Source: a virus. From it: a stretch of 64,000 nucleotides of DNA. Positions 9,964-18,619 of the stretch are shown here, piece by piece. Each line of letters opens with the position of its first letter. The stretch's first letter is position 1. The notes beneath the pieces were generated by a model. It saw nothing but the letters and a program-made list of their open reading frames with translations, searched no databases and was not told where the DNA came from. Location of the stretch: IMG/VR virus record IMGVR_UViG_3300020234_000021. The stretch is one strand, 5' to 3'. Made by a program: the position numbers and the translations under genes.

Positions 9964-10548
9964 TTAGATCGCAGTTACGTAGTTGTTTCGCTCGTGCTGG
10001 AGCGGTACACACCGCACCTTCGCGAACGCCCCGTACTCGGACGGGAAAATGCCACCGATGTTCTCCGCCAGACCCGTGATACGGACCTTGGGAGTTGAGG
10101 TGACGGCGTGGTCGATGAATGCCCCGGAGCGACCTGTCCGTGTATTGCCTGGCGTGGCAGTCTGGTCGATCGCATAGAGCAGTCCGATATCAGCCTCCAG
10201 GAGGGTGCTGATCTGAGCGATATACTCAAGTTGCGGATCGTCGTAGACCCAGCACTCGACTATCGTGTTCGAGTCAGCCAGCGCCACACCGGGCCAGAAC
10301 TGGCTCCAGATGATGTCGTTGGCATCGTTGACGTATTGGCAGCCAGCGAAGATACCCAGCAGGAAGTCGTCTGCCTCGTCAGGAACGGAAATGATCTCTC
10401 GTGCGCTGCCCGAACTACGGACAAGCTGGCCAGAGAAGATCGCGGTCGCGTAATCAAACGCGATGTTATATCCGCCTACGCGAGCAGGGGTACCACCGGC
10501 TTGATGCGAGTTTGGGCGGAACCCAAACGGTGCGTCGGTGTTAGCCAT
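9964..10548 (-). CDS. Putative capsid cement/auxiliary protein
   Basis: MANTDAPFGFRP N-terminus, typical of the gene upstream of MCP in this phage type. Confidence 0.65.
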   Translation of the reverse strand: MANTDAPFGFRPNSHQAGGTPARVGGYNIAFDYATAIFSGQLVRSSGSAREIISVPDEADDFLLGIFAGCQYVNDANDIIWSQFWPGVALADSNTIVECWVYDDPQLEYIAQISTLLEADIGLLYAIDQTATPGNTRTGRSGAFIDHAVTSTPKVRITGLAENIGGIFPSEYGAFAKVRCVPLQHERNNYVTAI

Positions 10549-10566
10549 GAGATAGTGCCTCGAAAA

Positions 10567-11127
10567 TCAGTCATTGCGGGCCTCTACCCTGCGACCAACT
10601 ACTCGCGCGGGATGGGACACCGAAGACCTATGTTGTCTCTGGATGCGGTGACCATCTACCTGCGCGTCTTCGAGGTCATGCTCCACGGCTGCCATCTGGG
10701 ACTCAGTAAGCTCACTGTAGTAGTCCTGACGGGCCTGGAACAATTCCATCGGCATCTCGCAAAGCATGAGGTCATCCACGACGAAGTGACCCCCTTTCGC
10801 GTCGGCACGTACTGCGAGAATCTGCCACTCGTCCCCGATCGTAGTGATGTCACGGGGGCGCCAGCCTTCTCTCATGCGCATATTGACGTTTCTGGGGTCA
10901 TCCTCACCTCGAATCGAAATCCGAATCCAGCGCTGCTCGTACCCGTCCCGGGCGGGAGGGGCTTCGAGGCTGGTTGCTCTGATCCAAGGACCAGTCGGAC
11001 GTTCTCGGTGGGTGGCACGTTCCTCCGTCGTCGCATCCACATGCGAGACGTGCTCGCGAGACTCAGTCTCGTGAGTGCTCTCAGCGCTTCTACGCGGCGA
11101 GAGTCTTGACTCATTCCATTCAGGCAT
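10567..11127 (-). CDS. Conserved head-module protein
   Basis: LEAPPARDGYEQRWIR...REGWRP...DLMLCEMP motif between scaffold and capsid genes. Confidence 0.6.
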   Translation of the reverse strand: MPEWNESRLSPRRSAESTHETESREHVSHVDATTEERATHRERPTGPWIRATSLEAPPARDGYEQRWIRISIRGEDDPRNVNMRMREGWRPRDITTIGDEWQILAVRADAKGGHFVVDDLMLCEMPMELFQARQDYYSELTESQMAAVEHDLEDAQVDGHRIQRQHRSSVSHPARVVGRRVEARND

Positions 11128-12181
11128 CAGCTTCCTCCTGCATGCGTTGTCTCTTGTTCAGCGCGTATTCCTTCAGCACTTCCGGGTCGCGGGAGTTGAG
11201 CCCGAACCGTTCCATGTTGGCGAAATCGTCTGAGTCCAATTCAACGCGAGAGGAGGAAGCAGAGCGGCGACGTCGACCCCGGTCAGCACCATCACCAGTA
11301 TCAGCAACGGGGGTCCGGCCCCGGTCCTTTCGTTTCTGGTTGCGGCCCCGACGTCCTGGGGTTTTCAGATCGCCACTCTTATCGAACAATTCGGGTAGGC
11401 GTTCGCGAACCCGTTTGTCCAGCTCCTCGTAGTAGTCCTCGTCTCGGGCGTCGAAACCCTCGGCGTGAACGTCGTCGTCCAGTTCGTTCGCGATTCTGGT
11501 CGCACGCTCGAAGCCACGGCGCTGATACCAGCTCCGGTTCTCTGACTTCCAGTCGTTGGCCATAGCCACTCGTTCCGGATCGGCTCGCGGCGGAGTCGGC
11601 GTGCGATCTGCGGGATCGTCATCGTCATCATCTACCACGTACTTCGCAGCTACCTTTTCGGCGTTCAGAGACTGAAGTTGCGACGTGAGGCGCACGTGCT
11701 TCTTCGTATCCCCGTCCTCGATTGCCTGTTCGAGCTCGCCCTCAAGGTCACTGATCTGCTTGTCGAAATTCGTTCCGCTGTCGGCCAATCTGGCTTTCTT
11801 GAGATCGCGCTCGGCTTTCACGGCTCGCTTCTCAGCTTCATCGGCACGGGTGCGTTCCGCCTCTTTGGCGCGGCGCTCCCGCTTCAGTCGCTTATCGAAT
11901 TTCGCATGAAAATCGTCTTCCCGGTCACGACCATCAGCGTCGTCATCGGGATCGTCATCGCGGGAGTCGTCTGATTTGGGGGCTCTGCGACGAGACTCGT
12001 CGTCGTCTCCCCACATATCATCGTTGTCATCGTCGCCACCGCTATCGATGCGTGCCGGACGTCGAGTGATGGCAGGATCGCCATCGGCATCGAGGTCCAC
12101 TTCTACAACGGTCTGGGCATCTTCCGCGTTTCCACGGAGATCCTCAAAGACGATTTCTTCTTCCAGGTGCTCTCTTGGCAT
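11120..12181 (-). CDS. Capsid scaffolding protein
   Basis: Highly acidic, coiled-coil, with WKSEN.SWY and YY.ELDKRVR..P..F motifs; lies between portal/GroES and MCP. Confidence 0.65.
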   Translation of the reverse strand: MPREHLEEEIVFEDLRGNAEDAQTVVEVDLDADGDPAITRRPARIDSGGDDDNDDMWGDDDESRRRAPKSDDSRDDDPDDDADGRDREDDFHAKFDKRLKRERRAKEAERTRADEAEKRAVKAERDLKKARLADSGTNFDKQISDLEGELEQAIEDGDTKKHVRLTSQLQSLNAEKVAAKYVVDDDDDDPADRTPTPPRADPERVAMANDWKSENRSWYQRRGFERATRIANELDDDVHAEGFDARDEDYYEELDKRVRERLPELFDKSGDLKTPGRRGRNQKRKDRGRTPVADTGDGADRGRRRRSASSSRVELDSDDFANMERFGLNSRDPEVLKEYALNKRQRMQEEADA

Positions 12182-12235
12182 GCTGGCTCAGTCCTATGTT
12201 GCGCGGAGTATGTCCTTCCCACCTTTCAGTGGCAA

Positions 12236-12610
12236 CTACCCCACTCGGTGATACATCTTTGGATCGTCGACCACCGCGAGCACGTCATCATCGTTCATGA
12301 TCACGAATTCACGGCCGTCGGACAGCAAGATTCGCTGCCCGGCGTACTTGCCGTACAGCACCCACGATTCCAGGCCCGGGTTGAAGCTATCAGCCAGTTT
12401 CGGTGACTGGTAGGCCTGCTCGCCCATGTCCACGACCTGCCCCACAACCGTCAGCCACTTCTGACCTTCGATCGTCTCGTCGGTGTACTCGATGCCACCG
12501 TCGGACCTTCTCGGCGTCTTGAAGGGACGCACCAGGATCTTCCACATCAGTGGCTTGGGCATCTGGATGACCAGGTCGCGCTCTGGCGGTATGAACTTGG
12601 TCTCGGTCAT
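12236..12610 (-). CDS. groES: Co-chaperonin GroES-like protein
   Basis: KPL.WKILVRP...GGI...VVGQVVDMG...WVLYGKYAG..I...G.EFVIMNDDDVLAVV is a Cpn10 pattern. Confidence 0.85.
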   Translation of the reverse strand: MTETKFIPPERDLVIQMPKPLMWKILVRPFKTPRRSDGGIEYTDETIEGQKWLTVVGQVVDMGEQAYQSPKLADSFNPGLESWVLYGKYAGQRILLSDGREFVIMNDDDVLAVVDDPKMYHRVG

Positions 12611-12939
12611 GAACGCGCCCTCGCACGCTTGTTCCCCTTGTTTCCCTTGCCACCCCCGGTAGGTGGAGGAGGTGGTGGTGGCGGTTTGCCGCCCGCTGGC
12701 GTGCCGTCGACACCTCCCAGCTCTTTCCCGTCACCCAGGCCGTCGTCTGCCATGTCCTTGTTTTTCATCAGTTGATAGGACAAATCAGCCGCCAAACGAA
12801 GCCCCTCGATTTGCCCGGTCATATGCTGATACTCCTCCCAGGATCCGATTTTCCGGGTGGCGAGCTTCCGGGCGAAGTCTTCCTGGACTTGCCCGCAGAC
12901 CCCTTGAAAGTCCCGTACGAACTCCGTCAATGTCGTCAT
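12607..12939 (-). CDS. Conserved small protein upstream of GroES
   Basis: WEEYQHMTGQIEGL motif; GAGGT SD upstream; Pro/Gly-rich tail. Confidence 0.6.
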   Translation of the reverse strand: MTTLTEFVRDFQGVCGQVQEDFARKLATRKIGSWEEYQHMTGQIEGLRLAADLSYQLMKNKDMADDGLGDGKELGGVDGTPAGGKPPPPPPPPTGGGKGNKGNKRARARS

Positions 12940-13096
12940 GCGTGTGTGCTACCTCTGCTAGAAATTCGAGCAGTTCTCGAAAGTTGAGTCCAGTCTCCTG
13001 GGAGCCCTGAACAAATAGGCGCGGCGATATCCCTCTGATTCCCCGCTTGCGCAGGAACTCACGGGCGGCACGGACCTGCCGGTTACCAATGGCCAC
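12785..13096 (-). CDS. Hypothetical protein (overlaps downstream gene by ~155 nt)
   Basis: GTG start abuts the portal stop and the N-terminal half looks coding. The large overlap lowers confidence. Confidence 0.35.
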   Translation of the reverse strand: MAIGNRQVRAAREFLRKRGIRGISPRLFVQGSQETGLNFRELLEFLAEVAHTHDDIDGVRTGLSRGLRASPGRLRPEARHPENRILGGVSAYDRANRGASFGG

Positions 13097-15537
13097 TATT
13101 CACCCCTGTCCTTCGCCAGACGTGCCTCCCGCTCGTCTCGTCGTTTGCGCTGACGCTCCTCCGCCGCGCTGGTCTCTTTGCGACTCTCCTCATTTGTGGA
13201 GCTGGTATTTTTGCGCTGGTTGTCGAGCTCACCGCTGCGATTGGTGCGGCGCTGATCTCCATCGAACTCGGCTTCTTTGCGGGCCTCCTCGTTGTGGAAC
13301 GACTGCTCTTTGCGACTCTCCTCCGCATCGAAGGACTTCTGCTCCTCGTCGGGCCCTTCCTCGTCAGGCGGCATGATCTGGATCGGCGGAGCCTGGGCCG
13401 CGAACTGAGCGATCATCGCTTCCATCTCGGGATCCAGCTCATCTTCCTCCGTCATCTCGCCGTCCATGAACGTCGGCGGTGGCAGTTGACCGTCGGCCAG
13501 CGCGTTCATTTCGTTGAAGTACTTGTAGGCGTAGTGCTCGGCCAGGTGGGCCTGCATCACCATGCCCATGACGTTGAGCGCATCCTCGTTGAGCCCCTGG
13601 AGGAAGTTCATATGGACCGCGATGTGAGCCTCGTGGTCCTGCTCGACGTAGGCCTTGGCGCCGCCCATGGTCAGCATGCGCATGTTCTCCGCGATCGGAT
13701 CCATCCGGTGCTGCTCGCTCTTGCCCTGGAGGAGCTCCTCGTGATCCGGGATCTTCAGTGCGCGGAACAGCCGGTCGATCGCTTTCGGGACATCCACCTC
13801 GCCAGGGAATTCCTTGGCCACCTCCAGCACGGTCTGGATCTGCGCGATGCGCTGGGTGTTCGAGAAGATGTTGGGATCCGAGATCGGGATCACATCTACC
13901 GCCCCGTCGTAGTCGGCCTTGGCGATCACCACGTCCTTGTTCTCGATCTGGTACGGGTACTCGTCGTCCAGGAAATCGAAATTGAGCTCGGCGCGCAGCT
14001 CGAATTCCTCCGCCTGGGCTACGTGCAGGCGTCTGTGGATGCCCGAGAAGACCTTGCCGGCCTGCTCGATCAGCGCCAGGGTCGTGCCGACTGGACCCGT
14101 GTTGGGGGCGTCTCCGACGTTCTCCTCGGTGATCGACGCGAACCGGCGCCCGGTATCGACCAAGATCCCAAACAACTGGGACAGGGCGGCGGAGGGCTCC
14201 TTGAACGGTGGCGTGTAGAAGGCCTTCTGGAGCTCCTCGGCGCTCATCTTCACCTGCTTCCAGGTTCCCGGGGTGATGGTCGCGTCCTCGGGGTTGATCC
14301 GCGCCTCGTCGGACATGAACCCGCCCTGGAGGTTGGCGTAGGCCGCCGCGTCCAGGAGCGCGCGCAAGGTGCCCGTCGATGCCTCTGCGATCGATCCGAT
14401 CAGGTGCAGCAGGCCGAATCCGTAGAAACCCAAGCCAGGCAGGTACTTGTAGTGCGTGAACCACATCCGCTTGGTGAACAGCTCGTCGTCCTCGTGCCAG
14501 TTGCGGCGGATCGAGAGCAACTGCTCGGAGGTCTTGTCCACGGTCACGATGTAGGGCATCGGCAAACCGATATCGACCACGTCCTTGTCGTCCAGATAGG
14601 TCTTCTGGTCCATCTCAAGTTCGAGGTCGCAGTGCATCTCCAGCACTTCGTAGATGAAATCGTCGTCGTGGAAGCTGGGCTGGCGATCGTCGGCCTCGTC
14701 CACCATCTCCCGGGAGGAGTCGAGCATGTCGTCGGAATCGATCTCCGCGTTGGCCGGCTTCTCCAGCTCCACCGTGCGATAGAACTCGGAAGCCATCAGG
14801 CGCTTCATGTCCTCCTCGGGCCGATACATCCGGTGGGTGTAGCGCGAAGCGGTGCGCAGGTCAGTACACATGTACGGCACGATGAAATCGCCGGCATGCA
14901 CCAGGCGCGAAACCACCATGTCGGAGATCGGATCGTAGTAGGTCTTTTTGAAGCAGGATCCAGCCAGCGGCAGCCAGAACAACATCTGATCGACGTGCCA
15001 GAAATAGGCCTTGTCCTGGTCCATCATCTGGTAGTTCATGTGCTGCGCTACGCGCTCGGCCTGCTCGACCTTCTCATCGGTTTTCTCGCCCACGATCCGC
15101 GTCTTGCAGGGCCCGCCACTGGGGAACACCTCCTCGATCGCCCGGGCCTGGAACTGCACGCAGGCCTCTCCGATCAGCGGGTAGGTGACCGCAGAGGCGC
15201 CCTCGAAGGGCAGGTCGTCGAGCGGCTCGTTGCGCAGACCAAGGAGCTCCATGGCCTGGTCGTTCCGGTTCTGCCAGGAGCTGCGTGATTCAAGGTCGGC
15301 CTTGAACTGCTCCAGCATCGTGGCGACGATCAGCACCTGCTCGTGCTCGGACAGCTCATCCGCGATGTTGGCCTGGTGTTCGTCGGAGTCCTCCATCGAG
15401 GTCCGATCCATGCCAGGGTTGAAATCGACAACGGCATTCTGCCCTCGCCGCGAGATCTTGACGCCGTTGATCGTGGTCTCCATCCCCTGGTCGGGGTCGG
15501 CCACCATCTCTGACGATCGATGCACTACTTCAGCCAT
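13096..15537 (-). CDS. Portal protein (P22-like)
   Basis: 813 aa: YPLIGEACVQFQARAIEEVFP..GP.KT, GSCFKKTYYDP, THYKYLPGLGFYGFGL, LLDAA..ANLQGGF; charged C-terminal tail. Confidence 0.9.
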   Translation of the reverse strand: MAEVVHRSSEMVADPDQGMETTINGVKISRRGQNAVVDFNPGMDRTSMEDSDEHQANIADELSEHEQVLIVATMLEQFKADLESRSSWQNRNDQAMELLGLRNEPLDDLPFEGASAVTYPLIGEACVQFQARAIEEVFPSGGPCKTRIVGEKTDEKVEQAERVAQHMNYQMMDQDKAYFWHVDQMLFWLPLAGSCFKKTYYDPISDMVVSRLVHAGDFIVPYMCTDLRTASRYTHRMYRPEEDMKRLMASEFYRTVELEKPANAEIDSDDMLDSSREMVDEADDRQPSFHDDDFIYEVLEMHCDLELEMDQKTYLDDKDVVDIGLPMPYIVTVDKTSEQLLSIRRNWHEDDELFTKRMWFTHYKYLPGLGFYGFGLLHLIGSIAEASTGTLRALLDAAAYANLQGGFMSDEARINPEDATITPGTWKQVKMSAEELQKAFYTPPFKEPSAALSQLFGILVDTGRRFASITEENVGDAPNTGPVGTTLALIEQAGKVFSGIHRRLHVAQAEEFELRAELNFDFLDDEYPYQIENKDVVIAKADYDGAVDVIPISDPNIFSNTQRIAQIQTVLEVAKEFPGEVDVPKAIDRLFRALKIPDHEELLQGKSEQHRMDPIAENMRMLTMGGAKAYVEQDHEAHIAVHMNFLQGLNEDALNVMGMVMQAHLAEHYAYKYFNEMNALADGQLPPPTFMDGEMTEEDELDPEMEAMIAQFAAQAPPIQIMPPDEEGPDEEQKSFDAEESRKEQSFHNEEARKEAEFDGDQRRTNRSGELDNQRKNTSSTNEESRKETSAAEERQRKRRDEREARLAKDRGE

Positions 15538-15540
15538 ATA

Positions 15541-17178
15541 TCACCCGTAAATTGGTTTCGTTCGCTTGGGCATGAGGTTCAGCTCGTTGGGATCTTCCTC
15601 ATCGGTGAACTCAGTCTCCCAGCGTCGGCGCAGCCACAGCAGGGCCATGACCACCGTGTCGAATACATCATCGTGTTCGCCGCTGGGGAACTCCCCGCAC
15701 TGGCGGATCACATCACGTGACCACTGACGATCCACGTACCAGATACATCCCCGCTCCAGCACCAGGGCAGCGGCGTGCGCGCGCGCGTGCTTGGAATCGG
15801 TGACTTTGATCCGCGTCACGGGCAGATCCGCCCGACGCAGCTCCTGGGCCAGGGAATGTCCGGATGCTTTCTTCTCAATCAGGATCCGGTCTGGCTTCCA
15901 TTCTTCGTACGATTTCCTGGCCTCCTCGCGGAGGTCAGGGAACGACAGTCGTTCTTCCATCCGTTCCAGCATGATCGCGCACAGGCGCGGCTGGTTGTTG
16001 TAGCGCAGGTGCCAGGGCATGTCCTTGATGGACTCGACACCTTCGACCCACTCGAAGATACCCCAGGTGGTCCGGGCGCTGTAATCGGCTTCCTCGTCCT
16101 CCTCGAACGCGGTGTCGTAGACCTGGACCACCATCTCGCAGGACGGCATGTTGCCGGCGTCCTCCCACTTGCGCCAGTGCTTTGACTTCAAGATGTTGCC
16201 GCCCTCGGCGGAGGGGTTCTGCTGGATCTGCGACTCGAAGCCACGCTCGGTCAGTTCCTGCTGGAGACGCTTCATCTCCTTGGGTCCGAATCGAGCCGGC
16301 GTCAGCAGTTGATTCTCGCGCTCCCGCCAGTCCTCCCAGATCAGCTCATCTTCTTCGAGCGGCTGGGTGAAGCGCGCGATGTTGGCCGGCGGCTGGAGCT
16401 CCAGGTCGCGTGCCGGGCCGGTTTTCAGCGCATGGGTCTGGCACTTGGTTTTGGTGCGGTAGTAGCCCGGCATGTTCAGGTGAACCCAGCCCCCGGTGGC
16501 CAGGCAGTGCCCGGGCAGATCCACGTGGTGACCGCGCTGGGCAATGATGACCCGGCCGGCCTTTTTGGGGTTGTTGGCCCGGGTGGACATGGTGTTCCGC
16601 CACCAGTTGATCACCGATCCACGGATCAGATCGGATTCGATCTCGTTCATGTTATGGGCATCGTCGACCACGATCCTGTCGCCCCCTTCTCCGGTCGCCG
16701 TACCCTTCACGGCGGTCGCGAGCCGGTATCCGTTGGAGGTGTTGTCGAATCGTTTCTTCTGGTTCAGGTCACCCGAGAGGTGATACACGTGGCCCCATCG
16801 CTCCTGGTACCAGGGTGATTGGATCAGGCGGCGGCACTTGACCGAGTCGCGCAGGGTCAGGTCCAGGGCGTAGGTCGCGAACAGCCACTGGATGTGCGGC
16901 TGCCAGGTCCACTCCCAGGCCGGCCACATGACCGCGCAGATAGTCGACTTCGAGTGCCGTGGCGGTACGTTGATGATCAGGTCGTCGATGTCGCCCAGGG
17001 ACACAAACGTCAGGTGATCGCAGATCGCGTCGATGTGCTTGCCGTTGACGAACGGAGCTCCGGGCTCGACGATCGGCCAGGCGCCCTTGACGAACCGACG
17101 CATCTCGCGGCGCATGTTCTCGGCCGCGACCAGCGTGTAGGTCCGGTCGTATTCGACAGCCTGGGCCAGGTCACTCAT
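15541..17178 (-). CDS. terL: Terminase large subunit
   Basis: Walker A-like NVPPRHSKST, Walker B IVVDDAH, RNase H-like YDTAF..DYSA and FPSGEHDDVFD. Start placed at ATG 17178 (ATGA overlap with small upstream ORF). Confidence 0.92.
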   Translation of the reverse strand: MSDLAQAVEYDRTYTLVAAENMRREMRRFVKGAWPIVEPGAPFVNGKHIDAICDHLTFVSLGDIDDLIINVPPRHSKSTICAVMWPAWEWTWQPHIQWLFATYALDLTLRDSVKCRRLIQSPWYQERWGHVYHLSGDLNQKKRFDNTSNGYRLATAVKGTATGEGGDRIVVDDAHNMNEIESDLIRGSVINWWRNTMSTRANNPKKAGRVIIAQRGHHVDLPGHCLATGGWVHLNMPGYYRTKTKCQTHALKTGPARDLELQPPANIARFTQPLEEDELIWEDWRERENQLLTPARFGPKEMKRLQQELTERGFESQIQQNPSAEGGNILKSKHWRKWEDAGNMPSCEMVVQVYDTAFEEDEEADYSARTTWGIFEWVEGVESIKDMPWHLRYNNQPRLCAIMLERMEERLSFPDLREEARKSYEEWKPDRILIEKKASGHSLAQELRRADLPVTRIKVTDSKHARAHAAALVLERGCIWYVDRQWSRDVIRQCGEFPSGEHDDVFDTVVMALLWLRRRWETEFTDEEDPNELNLMPKRTKPIYG

Positions 17179-17279
17179 TGAGAGATCCAAGCCACGAGAT
17201 CAGGGATCGCGTACATCACCAGCAACACCACGCCGAGAAGAACAAGGATCCCTGGCCATTCATTTCGTTCACCCTTCAC
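17175..17279 (-). CDS. 34-aa single-pass membrane peptide
   Basis: Read by hand: MKGERNEWPGILVLLGVVLLVMYAIPDLVAWISQ. GTGA overlap upstream and ATGA overlap with terL. Confidence 0.5.
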   Translation of the reverse strand: MKGERNEWPGILVLLGVVLLVMYAIPDLVAWISQ

Positions 17280-18019
17280 CCCAGCAAGAACTGTGCAAAG
17301 GTCAGCAGCTTCCGGCCGACCCACTCACCAAACGAACCCGACTCCACGTGGTCACTGCGCTGCGCATCCCAGACCGCACCCGCAACGTCGGTCGCGCTCG
17401 TGCCGGCGGCGGCGCGCGCAAGCACCACCTGGGTGAACGCGCTGGGCAGGATCGGGCTGATCGAGGCGCCAAACTCATCGACCGCCACCAGGTTCCCACC
17501 ATCCACCGTACATTGGATGATGTTGAAGACCTCGTAGACGTCACCCACCTCGAAGGTATTTCCGGATCCGTTGACCAGCGCCTTGCACTCCAACTGATCG
17601 GTGCCGATGACCCGGCGCACGTCGGTGATCGACCCGTCGCTGAAGTTGATGACGAACGAACCCGGCGCCACCCCAGCCGCGACGAAATCCGCCGCCGAAT
17701 CGATCAACTGGACGAAGCCGCGAGCATCGGTCAGGCCCTGGGTCGTGATCGTGCCGGTTTCAGCCGGCGTGCGCCGCGCCTCGAACTCCACCAGGTTGTT
17801 CTGGAAGGTCGCGGTAATCGCTACCTCCAGGCCGCCGCCCAGATCCTCCTTGCCGCCCGCGTCCACCAGGCGACCGAAGGTCGTGGCGTCGAACTGCTCC
17901 TCGATGACGCGCGAGGTGTCGACGATGTCCTGCACCAGGTACGACACCGACGGCGCCTCCACCGTCTGGATGCGCGGATCCGTCTGGAATTCCTGGAGGA
18001 TGTCGGTGCGGCTCGTCAT
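17276..18019 (-). CDS. Hypothetical acidic, probably virion-associated protein
   Basis: 247 aa, beta-rich; GGKEDLGGG motif; co-directional in the operon. Confidence 0.6.
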   Translation of the reverse strand: MTSRTDILQEFQTDPRIQTVEAPSVSYLVQDIVDTSRVIEEQFDATTFGRLVDAGGKEDLGGGLEVAITATFQNNLVEFEARRTPAETGTITTQGLTDARGFVQLIDSAADFVAAGVAPGSFVINFSDGSITDVRRVIGTDQLECKALVNGSGNTFEVGDVYEVFNIIQCTVDGGNLVAVDEFGASISPILPSAFTQVVLARAAAGTSATDVAGAVWDAQRSDHVESGSFGEWVGRKLLTFAQFLLG

Positions 18020-18020
18020 G

Positions 18021-18611
18021 CTATTCGACCGGGATCGGCTCGCTCATGGCCTGGCTGATACGACGGTCCCGCTCTGCGATCAGCAGCAGGCCTTCCCTCA
18101 AATCGTGGATCGAGTTTCGCTCCTGATCGATGGTCTCGTCGTAGCGCTCCACGTCCATCCGGAACTGCTTGATCTGCTTCCACAGACCCTGGCCGTCAAA
18201 CGGCGCGAGCTCCTCCTTGATCTCATGGATGGCGGCCATCTTCTCCTCCAGCGTGAGATCGGAATTGAGCGCCACCGCATCGATCGCCGGTTCCAGATCC
18301 ACCATGGTCTTGCCGGTGTTGTTGCGCATCAGCGTCTGGTACTCGTCCATCTTCTTCAGGGTCTCGAAGCGGTGGCGTTTGAACCCCTCGATGTTGGCCT
18401 CGCAGGCCCGGATCAGACTGTCGTACTGTTCCTTGGTGGCGCGCGGATAACGCGCCGTGATGGCGTTGACCCTGTTGATCCGTTCCTGCTGGATGAACGC
18501 CTGAACCCCTTCAGCGATGTCGTTGGCCTGGCCAAGCGGCAGCTCCGAGATCTTTCGACCCCGGAACCGCATGGACGCAGGACCACGAATCCCTTTGTTT
18601 TCCTTGCTCAT
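18021..18611 (-). CDS. Hypothetical coiled-coil protein
   Basis: 196 aa helical, charged; GGAGGTG SD upstream. Confidence 0.6.
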   Translation of the reverse strand: MSKENKGIRGPASMRFRGRKISELPLGQANDIAEGVQAFIQQERINRVNAITARYPRATKEQYDSLIRACEANIEGFKRHRFETLKKMDEYQTLMRNNTGKTMVDLEPAIDAVALNSDLTLEEKMAAIHEIKEELAPFDGQGLWKQIKQFRMDVERYDETIDQERNSIHDLREGLLLIAERDRRISQAMSEPIPVE

Positions 18612-18619
18612 GTCACCTC

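Noticed and set aside
13294-15288. Long antisense ORFs (e.g. 664 aa opposite the portal, 834 aa at 54221-56725 opposite the giant protein, 407 aa opposite the DUF932-type gene)
   Set aside because: They shadow well-supported genes on the other strand, as expected in GC-rich DNA, and show no recognisable motifs.
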